NCBI RefSeq assembly: GCF_023145115.1
Contig: NZ_JAGLEJ010000002.1
Coordinates: 26,717-90,716, forward strand
Direction: 5' to 3'
DNA from: Algiphilus sp.
Lineage (GTDB): Bacteria; Pseudomonadota; Gammaproteobacteria; Nevskiales; Nevskiaceae
DNA length: 64,000 nucleotides
The position numbers and the translations under genes were made by a program. Positions 36,349 to 47,816 of this stretch are shown piece by piece. Under the pieces are notes generated by a model, which was given only the letters and a program-made list of their open reading frames with translations, searched no databases and was not told the DNA's origin. The first letter of the stretch is position 1. Every line of letters starts with the position of its first letter.

Positions 36349-36463
36349 GGTTCAGCGTGCGGCGCAGTCGCCCGGGTACGCCTGCTTACATCGGCATCGT
36401 CTTCCCTGAGAGCGGGAGAGAGGCGGCCGGTTTCGCAATACCGCAAAGCCCGATCTTGTTTCT

Positions 36464-36487
36464 CCCTTCTCCCCGAGGGGAGAAGGG
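36464..36487. repeat. REP-like GC-rich palindrome in a convergent intergenic region
   Basis: cccttctcccc-ga-ggggagaaggg, followed by gcggggatgaggg. Resembles the palindromic intergenic repeat units common in proteobacterial genomes. Only one copy in this window. Confidence 0.3.
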
Positions 36488-36562
36488 GCGGGGATGAGGG
36501 GGCGCACCGGGCGGCCGTCGCGTGCCCTCCAGGGTTCCGTCTCCCGCGGGAAGAGCGGTGGT

Positions 36563-37663
36563 CTACCGCTGTATCTGGTAGGCGATCGCCAGGTGCCGCT
36601 GGGCCTCGCGCGCCTCGCGCAGCGCGGCGCGCACCACCGCCCGGTCGAAGTCGGGCAGGGCGCGGGGGTCGATATGGTTGTCCATCGGCTCACCGTCGCG
36701 GGCGCACGCCATCTGCCGGTGCAGGCGATAGGTCTGCAGGGCGGCGAGGGCGCGCGTCCAGGATTCGGCCTGGCGCTGCTCGTGGGGTCGTCGCGCCCAC
36801 CCCAGCAGACGCTCGCTGCTGTTGGTGGCGCTCAGCCCGCGCGACAGCGCCAGTACGCGCGCAACGTCGGAGAACGGCGATACGCCGTGCAGCTTGACGT
36901 CGAAGCGGCGCTGACGTCCGACCAGCCGGGCAAGGGGCGATAGCGCGCCGAACAGGCCCACGGGCGGCCGGTTGCGCAGGGCATTCTCGCTCATCTGGCG
37001 CAGGAACAGCGGCTTCTCCGCGACATGCTCGGACAGCCAGTCGCGCAGCGCATCGACCATCCGCGTTTCGCCGTGCAGCGCGCGGAAATCGAAGAATATC
37101 GCACCGTGCAGCAGCGCTTCCGGGTCGCCGGTATCGACCCACTGGCCGAAGCGCTCGCGCCACTCCGCGGCGGTCAGGCACCAGCGCGGGTTGCCCGCCA
37201 TGATGTCACCGGGGCACAGCCGGAAGCCGCAGCGCGCGAGTGCCTGGTTGGTCTCGCGCGCGAAGCGCAGCAGACGGGCGCGGGCTTCCTCGATGTCCTC
37301 GGCCTCGAAGATAAGCGCGTTGTCCTGATCGGTGTGCAGTGTCTGTTCGAGACGGCCCTCGCTGCCCAGCGCCATCCAGCACCAGCGAATGCCGTCCAGA
37401 TCATGGCGTTGCGCGATCAGGCGCAGCAGTCGCTGCGTCATGACATCGTTGAGCTCGGCGACGATGCGGGTGAGATGCACCGCCGCCATGCCCTCGGCGA
37501 GCAGCGTGAAGCCGAGCTCGCGCGCATCGGCCGCCCGCGCCGCCACCACGCTGACCGCGGGGGCTTCGATGAAGGCGTCGGCGATCGCCTGCACGCGGTC
37601 GCGCGTGCCGCGATAGATCCGTACCGACTCGCCGGCGGGTGCCTCAGTAGCGGAGCCGTGCAT
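36563..37663 (-). CDS. DUF294-type putative nucleotidyltransferase (NTase plus substrate-binding domains; no cNMP/CBS N-terminus)
   Basis: WMALGSEGRLEQTLHTDQDNALIF is the GS...D.D polymerase-beta-type NTase motif of DUF294. The C-terminal helical region is consistent with DUF294_C. AGGAGA SD. 20-nt overlap with the upstream exonuclease gene. Confidence 0.8.
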   Translation of the reverse strand: MHGSATEAPAGESVRIYRGTRDRVQAIADAFIEAPAVSVVAARAADARELGFTLLAEGMAAVHLTRIVAELNDVMTQRLLRLIAQRHDLDGIRWCWMALGSEGRLEQTLHTDQDNALIFEAEDIEEARARLLRFARETNQALARCGFRLCPGDIMAGNPRWCLTAAEWRERFGQWVDTGDPEALLHGAIFFDFRALHGETRMVDALRDWLSEHVAEKPLFLRQMSENALRNRPPVGLFGALSPLARLVGRQRRFDVKLHGVSPFSDVARVLALSRGLSATNSSERLLGWARRPHEQRQAESWTRALAALQTYRLHRQMACARDGEPMDNHIDPRALPDFDRAVVRAALREAREAQRHLAIAYQIQR

Positions 37664-39737
37664 ACCAGGTCTCCTGCGACGCCGACAGCGCGTCGCCCAG
37701 GGTCTCTATGCCGCGCGACTCGAGAAGCGGGATGAGCCGCACGAAGATCTCGGCGGTGACGATGGCATCGCCCAGCGCGGTGTGCCGGCCCACGACCGAA
37801 ACGCCGACGCGTTCGGCGATGGCCTCCAGGGCGTGGCCCTCGCGTTCGGGGTAGAGCACGGCCGACAGCAGCAGGGTGTCCAGGACCGGCTGCCGGAAGG
37901 CGAGTCCGAAAGGCGCTCCCTGCCGGCTCAGGAAGCTGAGGTCGAAGGCGCCGTTGTGGGCCAGCAGCACCGTGTCCTCGCAGAAGTCCGCGAACCGGGG
38001 CAGCACCGTGTCGGCGGCGGGTGCATCGCGCAGCATGCTCGGCGTGATGCCGTGAATCTGCTGTGCGTTGGGCGCGATCGGCCGTCGGCTTGCGACGAAG
38101 GACTCGAATACCTCCTGACTCAGGATGCGGCCATTGACCACCCGGATGGCGCCGAGCGCGATGATCTCGTCCCCTGCCGCCGGTTCCAGGCCGGTGGTCT
38201 CGGTGTCGAAGGCGGTGCAGATGAGTTCGCGCAGCGGCCGCTCGCTGAGGTCACCGGCGGCGCGCGCGGTATCGAACAGGTTGAAGTCGTAGAACTCCGG
38301 GCGCGTGTCGCGGGCGTCACCCTCGCCGGCAGGCTGATGCTCCGGCGGTGTCGCCAGGGGCAGCAGCCAGCGCACCGATGCGTCCGCTCCGGGCCAGCTC
38401 TCGCCATCGTGGCGTCTGGCGACCTCGGCGAGCGAGTAGGGCAGGGCGCCGTCTCCGGCCTGCACGGGTTGTGCGGCCCAGTGCCGCCAGTGTTCCGGTG
38501 GCACCGGAGATCCGTCCCAGGCGAGATCGAGCGCGGCATGGCCTTGCTCGCCGCGGTGCAGATGGAGCCGGAAGCCGGCGCCGCCGAGGTCCGCCCGCAC
38601 GCGCCCGGCGACGAAGCGCACCGCCGCCGCCAGCGCGTAGCTGTCGGCGCGGATCCAGTCGCTGCGCTCGGCGACCGTCACCGGTACGTCGGCCTCGACG
38701 CCGCGCATCACGCGCCGCTGCACGACGGCGCAGAGCGTCTCGGCGGGAATCTCCTCCAGGGGCAGGCGCGCGCGCAGCGCCTCGCGGCGGACCCGCTGGT
38801 CCTGCTGCAGTGCGGCCTCCAGCGCCCCGCTCTCGGCGTCGAGCAGGGCCACGAAGCGGTCGCGCTCGGCGGCGCTCATGTCCGGGTAGTCGCGCAGCAA
38901 CTCGACGGCGGCGCGCACGCCGGTCAACCGCACCAGCGCCTCGCGCGCGCGGTCGCCGGACGTGGGGGTCCCGTCGACCGGCGCGCCGGCCACGTTCTCG
39001 GCCTCCGCGAGACTGAGGAAGAAGCCGTTGAGGTGGCCCTGCTGAAGCGGGCTGAAACGTGCCCGCAGAAAGCGGCCATCGCGCGTGCTGATGATGGCGG
39101 CGACGCTCGCGCGCTCGCCGTCGCGCGCGCGCTGATCGGCGAGCCGGTCGAGACAGTGCAGGATGATGCTGCGCCGGAACAGCGTGAACACCGAGCGTCC
39201 CAGGCCCACGAAGGCCGCCTGTTCGCCGCTGAGCAGTTCGCGGGCCGGCGGGTTGTAGAGCAGGATGCGACCGTCGTCGGCACAGACCAGCACCGGGTCG
39301 CGCATCTGCGCCAGCAGCGCCGCGAGCAGGTCGCGCTCATCGGCGAGCTGGTCGGTCGCCTCGCGGATCTGGTTCTCCACGGTGCCCATCCGGTACTGAT
39401 GATGCTCGGCCAGCGCATTCACCGCGCGCACCAGCTCGCGCGGCGCCTCGCGCGTGAGCCGGAAGGACGGGTTGGTCTCGCGGATGACGTCCAGCGCGTA
39501 CGCCACCCGCGGCACGGTGCCGATGTGGGGGCGCAGGAGCGCGGCAATGCCTGCGCAGGATGCGCCCACCGCAGCGAGTGCCAGTAGTGCCAGAAGCCCG
39601 GCGCGCGCATCGCCGGCGACGACAGCGCGCGTGGCAGGCGCCAGGGCCAGCCACGCCAGGACCGCGGATCCGGCGAGCATCGCGGTGCACCAGGCGCAGG
39701 CGAGCAGGACGGTGCGCTGCAGCGCGGAGAGGGTCAT
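37644..39737 (-). CDS. Membrane-anchored sensor (2 TM, HAMP-like, PAS-like) fused to a DEDDh 3'-5' exonuclease (DnaQ/epsilon-like) domain
   Basis: N-terminus MTLSALQRTVLLACAWCTAMLAGSAVLAWL...LLALLALAAVGASCAGIAALL (2 TM). DPVLVCADDGRILLYNPPARELL is PAS-like. C-terminus AFDTETTGLEP...IIALGAIRV...IHGITPSML...LLAHNGAFDLSFL...HTALGDAIVTAEIF carries the ExoI/II/III motifs. ATGA overlap with the upstream receiver gene. Confidence 0.8.
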   Translation of the reverse strand: MTLSALQRTVLLACAWCTAMLAGSAVLAWLALAPATRAVVAGDARAGLLALLALAAVGASCAGIAALLRPHIGTVPRVAYALDVIRETNPSFRLTREAPRELVRAVNALAEHHQYRMGTVENQIREATDQLADERDLLAALLAQMRDPVLVCADDGRILLYNPPARELLSGEQAAFVGLGRSVFTLFRRSIILHCLDRLADQRARDGERASVAAIISTRDGRFLRARFSPLQQGHLNGFFLSLAEAENVAGAPVDGTPTSGDRAREALVRLTGVRAAVELLRDYPDMSAAERDRFVALLDAESGALEAALQQDQRVRREALRARLPLEEIPAETLCAVVQRRVMRGVEADVPVTVAERSDWIRADSYALAAAVRFVAGRVRADLGGAGFRLHLHRGEQGHAALDLAWDGSPVPPEHWRHWAAQPVQAGDGALPYSLAEVARRHDGESWPGADASVRWLLPLATPPEHQPAGEGDARDTRPEFYDFNLFDTARAAGDLSERPLRELICTAFDTETTGLEPAAGDEIIALGAIRVVNGRILSQEVFESFVASRRPIAPNAQQIHGITPSMLRDAPAADTVLPRFADFCEDTVLLAHNGAFDLSFLSRQGAPFGLAFRQPVLDTLLLSAVLYPEREGHALEAIAERVGVSVVGRHTALGDAIVTAEIFVRLIPLLESRGIETLGDALSASQETWYARLRY

Positions 39738-40273
39738 TCCGCGACCAGCCGCGCTTCGACGCGGCGCAGGAGATTGCCGGTGGAGAACGGCTTGGTGACG
39801 TAGTCGTCCGCTCCCATCGCCAGACCCTTGCGCCGCTCGGCCTCGCCGTCCCGCGCGCTCAGCATGATGACCGGCATGCGCGCGGTGGCGGGATCCGCGC
39901 GCACGGCACGGCAGACCTGATGGCCGTCGGTGCCCGGCATGACGACATCCAGGATGACGAGATCGGGTGGGCGGGCGCGTATCGCCGCCAGCGCCGCGTC
40001 GCCGTCCGCGGCACACGCCACGTCGATGCCGTGACGGCCCAGCAGGAAGGCGAGGCATTCGCGGATGGCGGGTTCGTCGTCGACGACCAGGACGCGCTTG
40101 CCGTGCAGGGCGCCTTCGTCGGGCCGTGCACCGGCCTCGGGCTGCGGCGGGTCGGTGGATGGTGCAGCACTCACGGACCGGCGATTCTCGCTGACACGGG
40201 AAGCATCCAGTGTGCGGGCTCCTCGCCGCGAAGAACAGTGCCCGGCGCCGGGCCGGGCACTGTTCGGCGGCAT
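39734..40273 (-). CDS. Single-domain response regulator (CheY-like receiver); start uncertain
   Basis: KRVLVVDDEPAIRECLAFLLGRHGIDVACAADGDAALAAIRARPPDLVILDVVMPGTDGHQVCRAVR...VIMLSARDG...GADDYVTKPF. No ATG lies close to the domain; candidates are ATG 40273 and GTG 40174. Confidence 0.65.
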   Translation of the reverse strand: MPPNSARPGAGHCSSRRGARTLDASRVSENRRSVSAAPSTDPPQPEAGARPDEGALHGKRVLVVDDEPAIRECLAFLLGRHGIDVACAADGDAALAAIRARPPDLVILDVVMPGTDGHQVCRAVRADPATARMPVIMLSARDGEAERRKGLAMGADDYVTKPFSTGNLLRRVEARLVAE

Positions 40274-40283
40274 GTCATGCGCG

Positions 40284-41495
40284 TCAGAAGTCGTACCGCA
40301 CCGAGAACTGCAGGCGAGCGAGGCTGCCGTCCGCACCGGACTCCAGCTCGCGGTCCGAGTAGATCAGCTCGCCACCCACGGTCAGCTTCTCGACCGGCGT
40401 GTGCAGCAGGTTGAGATTGACGCTCTGCGCCTCCTTGGTCACGCCGTTGCCGCTGAAGGCGACGTCGTGATCGGCGCTGAAGTAGCCGTAGCTGAGATTC
40501 GAGCGCCAGCGCGGCGTCCAGATGTGCCGATAGGCGATGTAGCCGCCGAAGGCCTGGATGGTGTCGAGCTCGCCGGTGTCGTCGATGACCGCGGCGCGGG
40601 CGGTATTGAGGCCGAGGTAGCGCCCGATGCCGTCACCGAAGTTGGCCTGGAAGCGGATGTCGTCCCGTCCCAGCATCTTCTTGCCGGAGACATTGATGCC
40701 GTAGCCGATCTCCTTGTCGCCGCCGGGCGTGATGCCGTCGCCGTCGAGCTGGCGGACCAGCGCGCTGAAGCTGACCAGACTGCCGTCGCTGCGCGTGAAG
40801 CGCAGCTTGCCGACGAGGTCGGGCAGGTTCTCGTTGTCGTTGAAGCCGCCGCCACCGGTGTTCGCGTTCGGCAGCACCGTGGTCTCCGGGTTCTCCAGCG
40901 CGATCTGCAGCGGGCCGCGCGTGTAGCGCACCTGGGTCTGCCGGATGAAGGTCATGCCTTCGGAGGGGCCGATGAAGTCGAGCAGGTCCGGATAGGCACC
41001 CAGATCCATGAAGGTCGACCAGGTCTGGCCGAACAGCCAGCTGTTGCCGTTGGGGTCGTCCCAGGCCACGAAGGCATGCCGCATGCGCGGATTCGAGCTG
41101 TTGACCAGGCGCTCCTCGTTCGCGAGCGCGCCGTCGAATGCGGGGTCGAGAAAATCGACCTCGATGAAGGTCTTGATGCGGTGGCCGTTCTTGCTGGTGG
41201 TGGTGCCGATGTTGAAGCGCGATTCGCGCGCCGTGAAGTCGGTGGCGCCGTCGCGGTCGCTTCCGGCCGACTCGACCGGGATCAGGGCCGGGATGGTGAA
41301 GGCACGCCCGCGGTCCGCCGGGGCATTGCCGCCGGGCGCGTCCGAGTAGCTGGAGTAGACCGCGTCGAGCTTGATGTAGCCACCGAGCGAGAACTCGGTG
41401 TCGCCGAAGGTGGTGGATACCGCCGCGGCCGGACCCGCCGCGAGCAGACAGGTGGTCGCGATGGCGGCCGGAATGCCGGTGAGCTTGCTGTGCAT
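40284..41495 (-). CDS. Outer-membrane porin (beta-barrel, C-terminal Phe)
   Basis: AGAGGAGA SD before ATG 41495. Signal peptide MHSKLTGIPAAIATTCLLAAGPAAA. Alternating amphipathic strands. Terminal ...LARLQFSVRYDF. Confidence 0.75.
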   Translation of the reverse strand: MHSKLTGIPAAIATTCLLAAGPAAAVSTTFGDTEFSLGGYIKLDAVYSSYSDAPGGNAPADRGRAFTIPALIPVESAGSDRDGATDFTARESRFNIGTTTSKNGHRIKTFIEVDFLDPAFDGALANEERLVNSSNPRMRHAFVAWDDPNGNSWLFGQTWSTFMDLGAYPDLLDFIGPSEGMTFIRQTQVRYTRGPLQIALENPETTVLPNANTGGGGFNDNENLPDLVGKLRFTRSDGSLVSFSALVRQLDGDGITPGGDKEIGYGINVSGKKMLGRDDIRFQANFGDGIGRYLGLNTARAAVIDDTGELDTIQAFGGYIAYRHIWTPRWRSNLSYGYFSADHDVAFSGNGVTKEAQSVNLNLLHTPVEKLTVGGELIYSDRELESGADGSLARLQFSVRYDF

Positions 41496-41709
41496 GGCGT
41501 GTCTCCTCTTGTAGGTTTGCATCCAGCGCCGGCAGCATCGAATGCACAAAGAGGGTGCGTCCATTAGCCAAAGGTCGAACGCGCGGCCACGGCCCGTCAC
41601 GGCGCGCCCGTGCTCCCGCCGGTCGACCATGGTCGGATGGCCTGTCCCTGCCACAGCTTGTATAAAGGGGGCGCTGATACATACCGAGAAAGCAGAGGAG
41701 CCTCAGCCG

Positions 41710-43653
<1,944 letters not shown>

Positions 43654-43655
43654 GC

Positions 43656-44333
43656 ATGAGCACGGCGGCCGCCACGGTCATCGTCGCCGACGACCATCCG
43701 CTGTTCCGCGCCGCCCTGCGCGAGACGGTGGGACGGCTGCTGCCCGAAGCAGCGGTGGTCGAGGCGCAGGACATGGCCGCGCTGGAGTCGGCGGTGGATG
43801 CATGCCCGGAGGCCGATCTCGTGCTGCTCGATCTGCACATGCCGGGTGCGCACGGCTTCTCGTCGCTGGTCTTCCTGCGCGGTCATCATCCGAGCGTGCC
43901 GGTGATCGTGGTCTCCGCCGCCGAGGGCGCCGATGTCGTCCGGCGTGCCGCCGACTTCGGAGCGTCGGGCTTCATTCCGAAGTCCGCCAATCTGGAGGTC
44001 ATCGCCGAGGCCGTGGCAGCGGTGCGTGACGGCAATCTCTGGTTTCCCGAAAGCGACGACGAGGACAGCGACGGCGGGGACATCGAGCTCGCCGAGCGTC
44101 TCGCCAGCTTGACGCCGCAGCAGTTCCGCGTGCTGATGATGATCGCCGGCGGTCTGCTCAACAAGCAGATCGCCTACGAACTCGATGTCTCGGAGGCCAC
44201 CGTCAAGGCGCACGTCACCGCCATCCTGCGCAAGCTCGGTCTGTACAGTCGTACCCAGGCCGCGGTCATTGCCGAGCGGCTGCAGATCCATCCGCCGCGG
44301 GTCGCGGCCGACGCGCCGGCAGCATCCGGCTGA
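43656..44333 (+). CDS. crbR: NarL/FixJ(LuxR)-type response regulator, CrbR-like
   Basis: Receiver VIVADDHPLFRAAL...DLVLLDLHMPG...VIVVSA. LuxR HTH LTPQQFRVLMMIAGGLLNKQIAYELDVSEATVKAHVTAILRKLG. Adjacent to acs and to an SSS-domain hybrid kinase, the CrbS/CrbR arrangement described for acetate-switch control. Confidence 0.75.
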   Translation: MSTAAATVIVADDHPLFRAALRETVGRLLPEAAVVEAQDMAALESAVDACPEADLVLLDLHMPGAHGFSSLVFLRGHHPSVPVIVVSAAEGADVVRRAADFGASGFIPKSANLEVIAEAVAAVRDGNLWFPESDDEDSDGGDIELAERLASLTPQQFRVLMMIAGGLLNKQIAYELDVSEATVKAHVTAILRKLGLYSRTQAAVIAERLQIHPPRVAADAPAASG

Positions 44334-47300
44334 GCAGCGCCCGCAGGGCCGCCGGCTTGACCGGTTTGGCGAGGAAGCGCATCTCGACCTGCGTGGCGGC
44401 TTCGCGCGCGGCGGCCGAGTGGTCGGCGGTGACCAGCGCGGCGGGTGGCGCGCACTGCCAGTAGCGGCGCAGGCGCTCCATCACCGCATCACCGGTGGTG
44501 TCGTCCAGGTGATAGTCGATCAGCACGGCGTCGGGCGCCGTCGGGCACGCCGCAAGAGCCTGATCGCCGTCCGCGGCGGTGTGCACGCTGCATCCCCAGC
44601 GCGCGAGCAGGGCCGCCGTCGCGGCGAGCGTGTCGGGGTCGTTGTCGACGCACAGCACGGTCGCGCCCTGGAAATCGTGCGCGACCGTGCGTGGCCGCGA
44701 TGGGACATCGGGGATTGCGGCGGTGGCCGCGCGGTCGACGTGCACCCGGAATACCGAGCCGCTGCCCATGCGCGAGTCCAGCGACAGCTCGTGACCGAGC
44801 AGCCGCGCGATGCGTTCGCTGATCGCCAGGCCGAGGCCGAGCCCGCGCTCGGCATGGGGTTCGTGCGGATGCAGGCGGCGGAATTCCTCGAATATCTCGC
44901 GTCGCTTGTCCGCCGGGATGCCGGGACCGGTATCCCATACTTCGATGATCAGGGCGCCGCCCCGTCGGCGACATCCCAGCAGCACGCGGCCGCGACCGGT
45001 ATAGCGCAGGGCGTTGGTCAGCAGGTTCTGGATGATGCGCCGGAGCAGCACTTCATCGCTGCGGATCCAGGCCGAGCACGGAACGGTGCGCAGCACCAGG
45101 CCGCGCTCCTCGGCGATGGCGCGGCATTCCGTGGCCAGGGTGTCGAGCAGGGTCTGCACCGGAAAGGCGCGGATATCGGTCTTCTGGGCGCCGGCATCCA
45201 GTCGCGATATGTCGGAGAGGCCCTCCAGCAGCTGTTCCATGGCCGCCAGCGAGCGGCCGATGTTGCGGGCGGCGCCGCGCGTCTCGCCGTCCTCGGCCTG
45301 CTCCAGGGCGTGATTGAACAGGCGTGCGGCGTTGAGCGGCTGCGCCAGATCGTGCGTGGTCGCGGCCAGGAAACGGGTCTTGGAGAGGTTGGCGGCCTCG
45401 GCCTCCTGGCGGGCGCGGTGGGCATCCGCTTCCGCGTCCGTCAGCTCGCGGGTGCGGTCCGCAACCCGCTGCTCGAGCTCCTCGTTGACGCGCTGCAAGA
45501 TCGATTCGGCGCGCTTGTAGGCGGTAATGTCCGAGAAGGTACTGACGAAGCCGCCGCCCGGCATCGGGTTGCCGGCGATCTCGATGACCCGGCCGTCCGG
45601 CATGCGGCGCTCGTGGCGGTACGGCGTGCCGTGCTGGAGATGCGCGAGCCGGCGCTTCACGGCGGCGTCCTCCGGCGTGTCGCCGAGCAGGCCGCGCTCG
45701 GCATTGTGGCGCACCAGCTTCTCCACCGGCGTACCTTCGCGCAGCAGGTCGTCGGGATAGTCGAAGAGCTTGGCGTAGGCGTCGTTCCACGCGGTCAGGC
45801 GCAGGTCGCGGTCGACCACGCTCACGCCCTGGTCCATGTGATCCAGGGTGGCGTGGAGCAGATCGCGGTTGAAGCGCACCGCGCGCGAGGTCTGCTCGAT
45901 GATGTCGATGACCTCGCCGGTGCCGGGGTGGCGCAGGCGCTCGATGAGCACGCGGGCCGACGAAGCGCCCAGCGCGCTCGCCAGACAGCTTTCGCAGAAG
46001 CGGATGAACTCGGCGTCGGCACTGCCGCGCATGCGCCACGGTGCTTCGCGGCGCTCACCGTACTCGGCGATGAAGGCGCGTGTGCGCTCGGTGCCGAAGA
46101 AGCGCTCCAGCAGCACCACCAGATCGCTGATGCTGATGCTGCCGCTGCGCGCGCCGCTCGATTCGGGCTCGCGCAGCCCCATCAGGCGCGCGGTATGGGC
46201 CTGCTCGGTCAGTGTCGGTGCACCGAACAGCGAGCCGATGACCAGCAGCGCCACGTGCACCGCCAGGCTCCACGCGCTGCCGCTGACGATGATGTCCTGG
46301 GCCACCACTTCGGTGGCCGTGGCAGGGATCGTGGACGGCAGCAGCGTGGTCACGATCCAGACGGACATGCCGCCCACCAGTCCCGCGACGGCGCCGTTGC
46401 GGTTGGCGCGCGGCCAGAGCACGCCCGCTACCACCGGAGGAGCGAGGTGGGCGATGGCGCTGAAGCTGAGCAGGCCGATGAGGGCCAGCGGCAGCTGGGT
46501 CAGCATCAGGCGGTCGATGAGCCATGCGGCGAGCAGCAGCGCCACGATGGTCAGGCGTCGCGTGCGCAGCAGCAGGGCACCCAGGTTCTGCTCGGCGCGC
46601 TGGTAGCCGCGGCCGCGCAGCATCGCGGGCAGGATCAGCTCGTTGCTGAGCATGGTCGCGAGTGCCACGCAGGACACGATCACCATGCCGGTGGCGGCCG
46701 AGAATCCCCCCAGGAAGGCCAGCAACGCAATCGCCGGCGCGTCGCCCGCCTGCGGCAGCGCGAGCACGAAGCGGTCCGCATCCACGTCGCCGAGCGCGAC
46801 GCCCGCCGCCGCCAGCGGCAGGACGAAGCCGGCGAACACCAGCAGGTAGAGCGGGAACAGCCAGCGTGCCCGGCGCACTTCGCGCTCGCCGGTGTTCTCC
46901 ACGACCATGAGGTGGAACTGCCGCGGCAGCACGATCACCGCCGCCCCGGCCAGCACCGTCTGTACCCAGAACGGCGGTGCCGTGAACTGGGCGATGTCGA
47001 CCGCGCTCAGCGCCGAGACCGCCTCCACGCTGCCGCCGATGCCGCCCAGGCGCCAGACGGCGAAGATGCCCACGGTGATGAAGGCGAGCAGCTTCAGCAG
47101 CGACTCGACCGCGACCGCCAGCACCATGCCGTGGTGGCTCTCGGTGCTGGCGATGTGGCGCGTGCCGAACAGCATCGCGAACACCGCCAGCAGGATGGTG
47201 ATCAGGGTGACGCCGTGCAGACCGTCGCCCATGGTGCCGCCGTCACTGGCCAGCACCTCGAAGCCCAGCGAGATCCCGCGCAGCTGCAGCGCGAGGTAGG

Positions 47301-47685
47301 GCAGTCCGGCGAGCAGCGCGATCAGGGTGGCACCGGCGGCCAGGCGCGCATCGTTGCCGAAGCGGGCGCCGATGAAGTCGGCCACCGAAGTCAGCTGTGC
47401 GGTCTTGCACATGCGGATGAGGCGGCGCAGCAGCGGCATGCCGAGCACGAAGACCAGTGCCGGCCCCAGGTAGATCGGGAGATAGCTCCAGCCGTCGTCG
47501 GCCGCTCGTCCGACGGCACCGTAGAAGGTCCACGCCGTGCAGTAGACCGCGAGTGCCAGCGCGTAGGCCCAGGGGCGCTGGCGGCGCGGGCGGGTGCGCG
47601 CCCGATGGTCCGCCACCCACGCGATGACGAACAGCGCGCCGACATAGATGCCGGCCAGAGTCAGCAGCTGCCAGGACGTGAACAC
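44266..47685 (-). CDS. crbS: Hybrid sensor histidine kinase with N-terminal SSS (sodium:solute symporter-like) domain, PAS, HisKA, HATPase and receiver; CrbS/CbrA-like
   Basis: 1139 aa. N-terminal ~500 aa polytopic (SVADFIGARFG...). PAS LDHMDQGVSVVDRDLRLTAWNDAY. H-box FLAATTHDLAQPLNA. N/G boxes IIQNLLTNALRYT, DTGPGIP, GLGLGLAISERI. Receiver VLCVDNDPD...VLIDYHLDD. Confidence 0.85.
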   Translation of the reverse strand: MFTSWQLLTLAGIYVGALFVIAWVADHRARTRPRRQRPWAYALALAVYCTAWTFYGAVGRAADDGWSYLPIYLGPALVFVLGMPLLRRLIRMCKTAQLTSVADFIGARFGNDARLAAGATLIALLAGLPYLALQLRGISLGFEVLASDGGTMGDGLHGVTLITILLAVFAMLFGTRHIASTESHHGMVLAVAVESLLKLLAFITVGIFAVWRLGGIGGSVEAVSALSAVDIAQFTAPPFWVQTVLAGAAVIVLPRQFHLMVVENTGEREVRRARWLFPLYLLVFAGFVLPLAAAGVALGDVDADRFVLALPQAGDAPAIALLAFLGGFSAATGMVIVSCVALATMLSNELILPAMLRGRGYQRAEQNLGALLLRTRRLTIVALLLAAWLIDRLMLTQLPLALIGLLSFSAIAHLAPPVVAGVLWPRANRNGAVAGLVGGMSVWIVTTLLPSTIPATATEVVAQDIIVSGSAWSLAVHVALLVIGSLFGAPTLTEQAHTARLMGLREPESSGARSGSISISDLVVLLERFFGTERTRAFIAEYGERREAPWRMRGSADAEFIRFCESCLASALGASSARVLIERLRHPGTGEVIDIIEQTSRAVRFNRDLLHATLDHMDQGVSVVDRDLRLTAWNDAYAKLFDYPDDLLREGTPVEKLVRHNAERGLLGDTPEDAAVKRRLAHLQHGTPYRHERRMPDGRVIEIAGNPMPGGGFVSTFSDITAYKRAESILQRVNEELEQRVADRTRELTDAEADAHRARQEAEAANLSKTRFLAATTHDLAQPLNAARLFNHALEQAEDGETRGAARNIGRSLAAMEQLLEGLSDISRLDAGAQKTDIRAFPVQTLLDTLATECRAIAEERGLVLRTVPCSAWIRSDEVLLRRIIQNLLTNALRYTGRGRVLLGCRRRGGALIIEVWDTGPGIPADKRREIFEEFRRLHPHEPHAERGLGLGLAISERIARLLGHELSLDSRMGSGSVFRVHVDRAATAAIPDVPSRPRTVAHDFQGATVLCVDNDPDTLAATAALLARWGCSVHTAADGDQALAACPTAPDAVLIDYHLDDTTGDAVMERLRRYWQCAPPAALVTADHSAAAREAATQVEMRFLAKPVKPAALRALLSRMLPARRPRPAADGSAAARQ

Positions 47686-47785
47686 GCGGCGCTCCCCGGT
47701 CCCCTCCGGATGGCGGCGTCAGCTCGTGGGCCGGCCGCCCGTTCGACCCAGTCTAGCGATCCCCCGGGGCGGGCGTGCAATGCGC

Positions 47786-47816
47786 AAAAAAATCCCCGCC
47801 CGGGGGGAGGGCGGGG
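47786..47816 (-). terminator. Rho-independent terminator downstream of sqr (minus strand)
   Basis: On the minus strand: CCCCGCCC-TCCCCCC-GGGCGGGG followed by ATTTTTTT. Confidence 0.6.

Noticed and set aside
36563-39737. NTase plus 3'-5' exonuclease pair as a CBASS-like or other anti-phage defence system
   Set aside because: The NTase motif and C-terminal region are DUF294 (GlnD-like) rather than CD-NTase-like. No effector gene (phospholipase, TM effector, endonuclease) is present. The pair sits in a metabolic neighbourhood (acs, DUF4212/SSS, CrbS/R) that I recall as conserved, not in an island with mobile elements.
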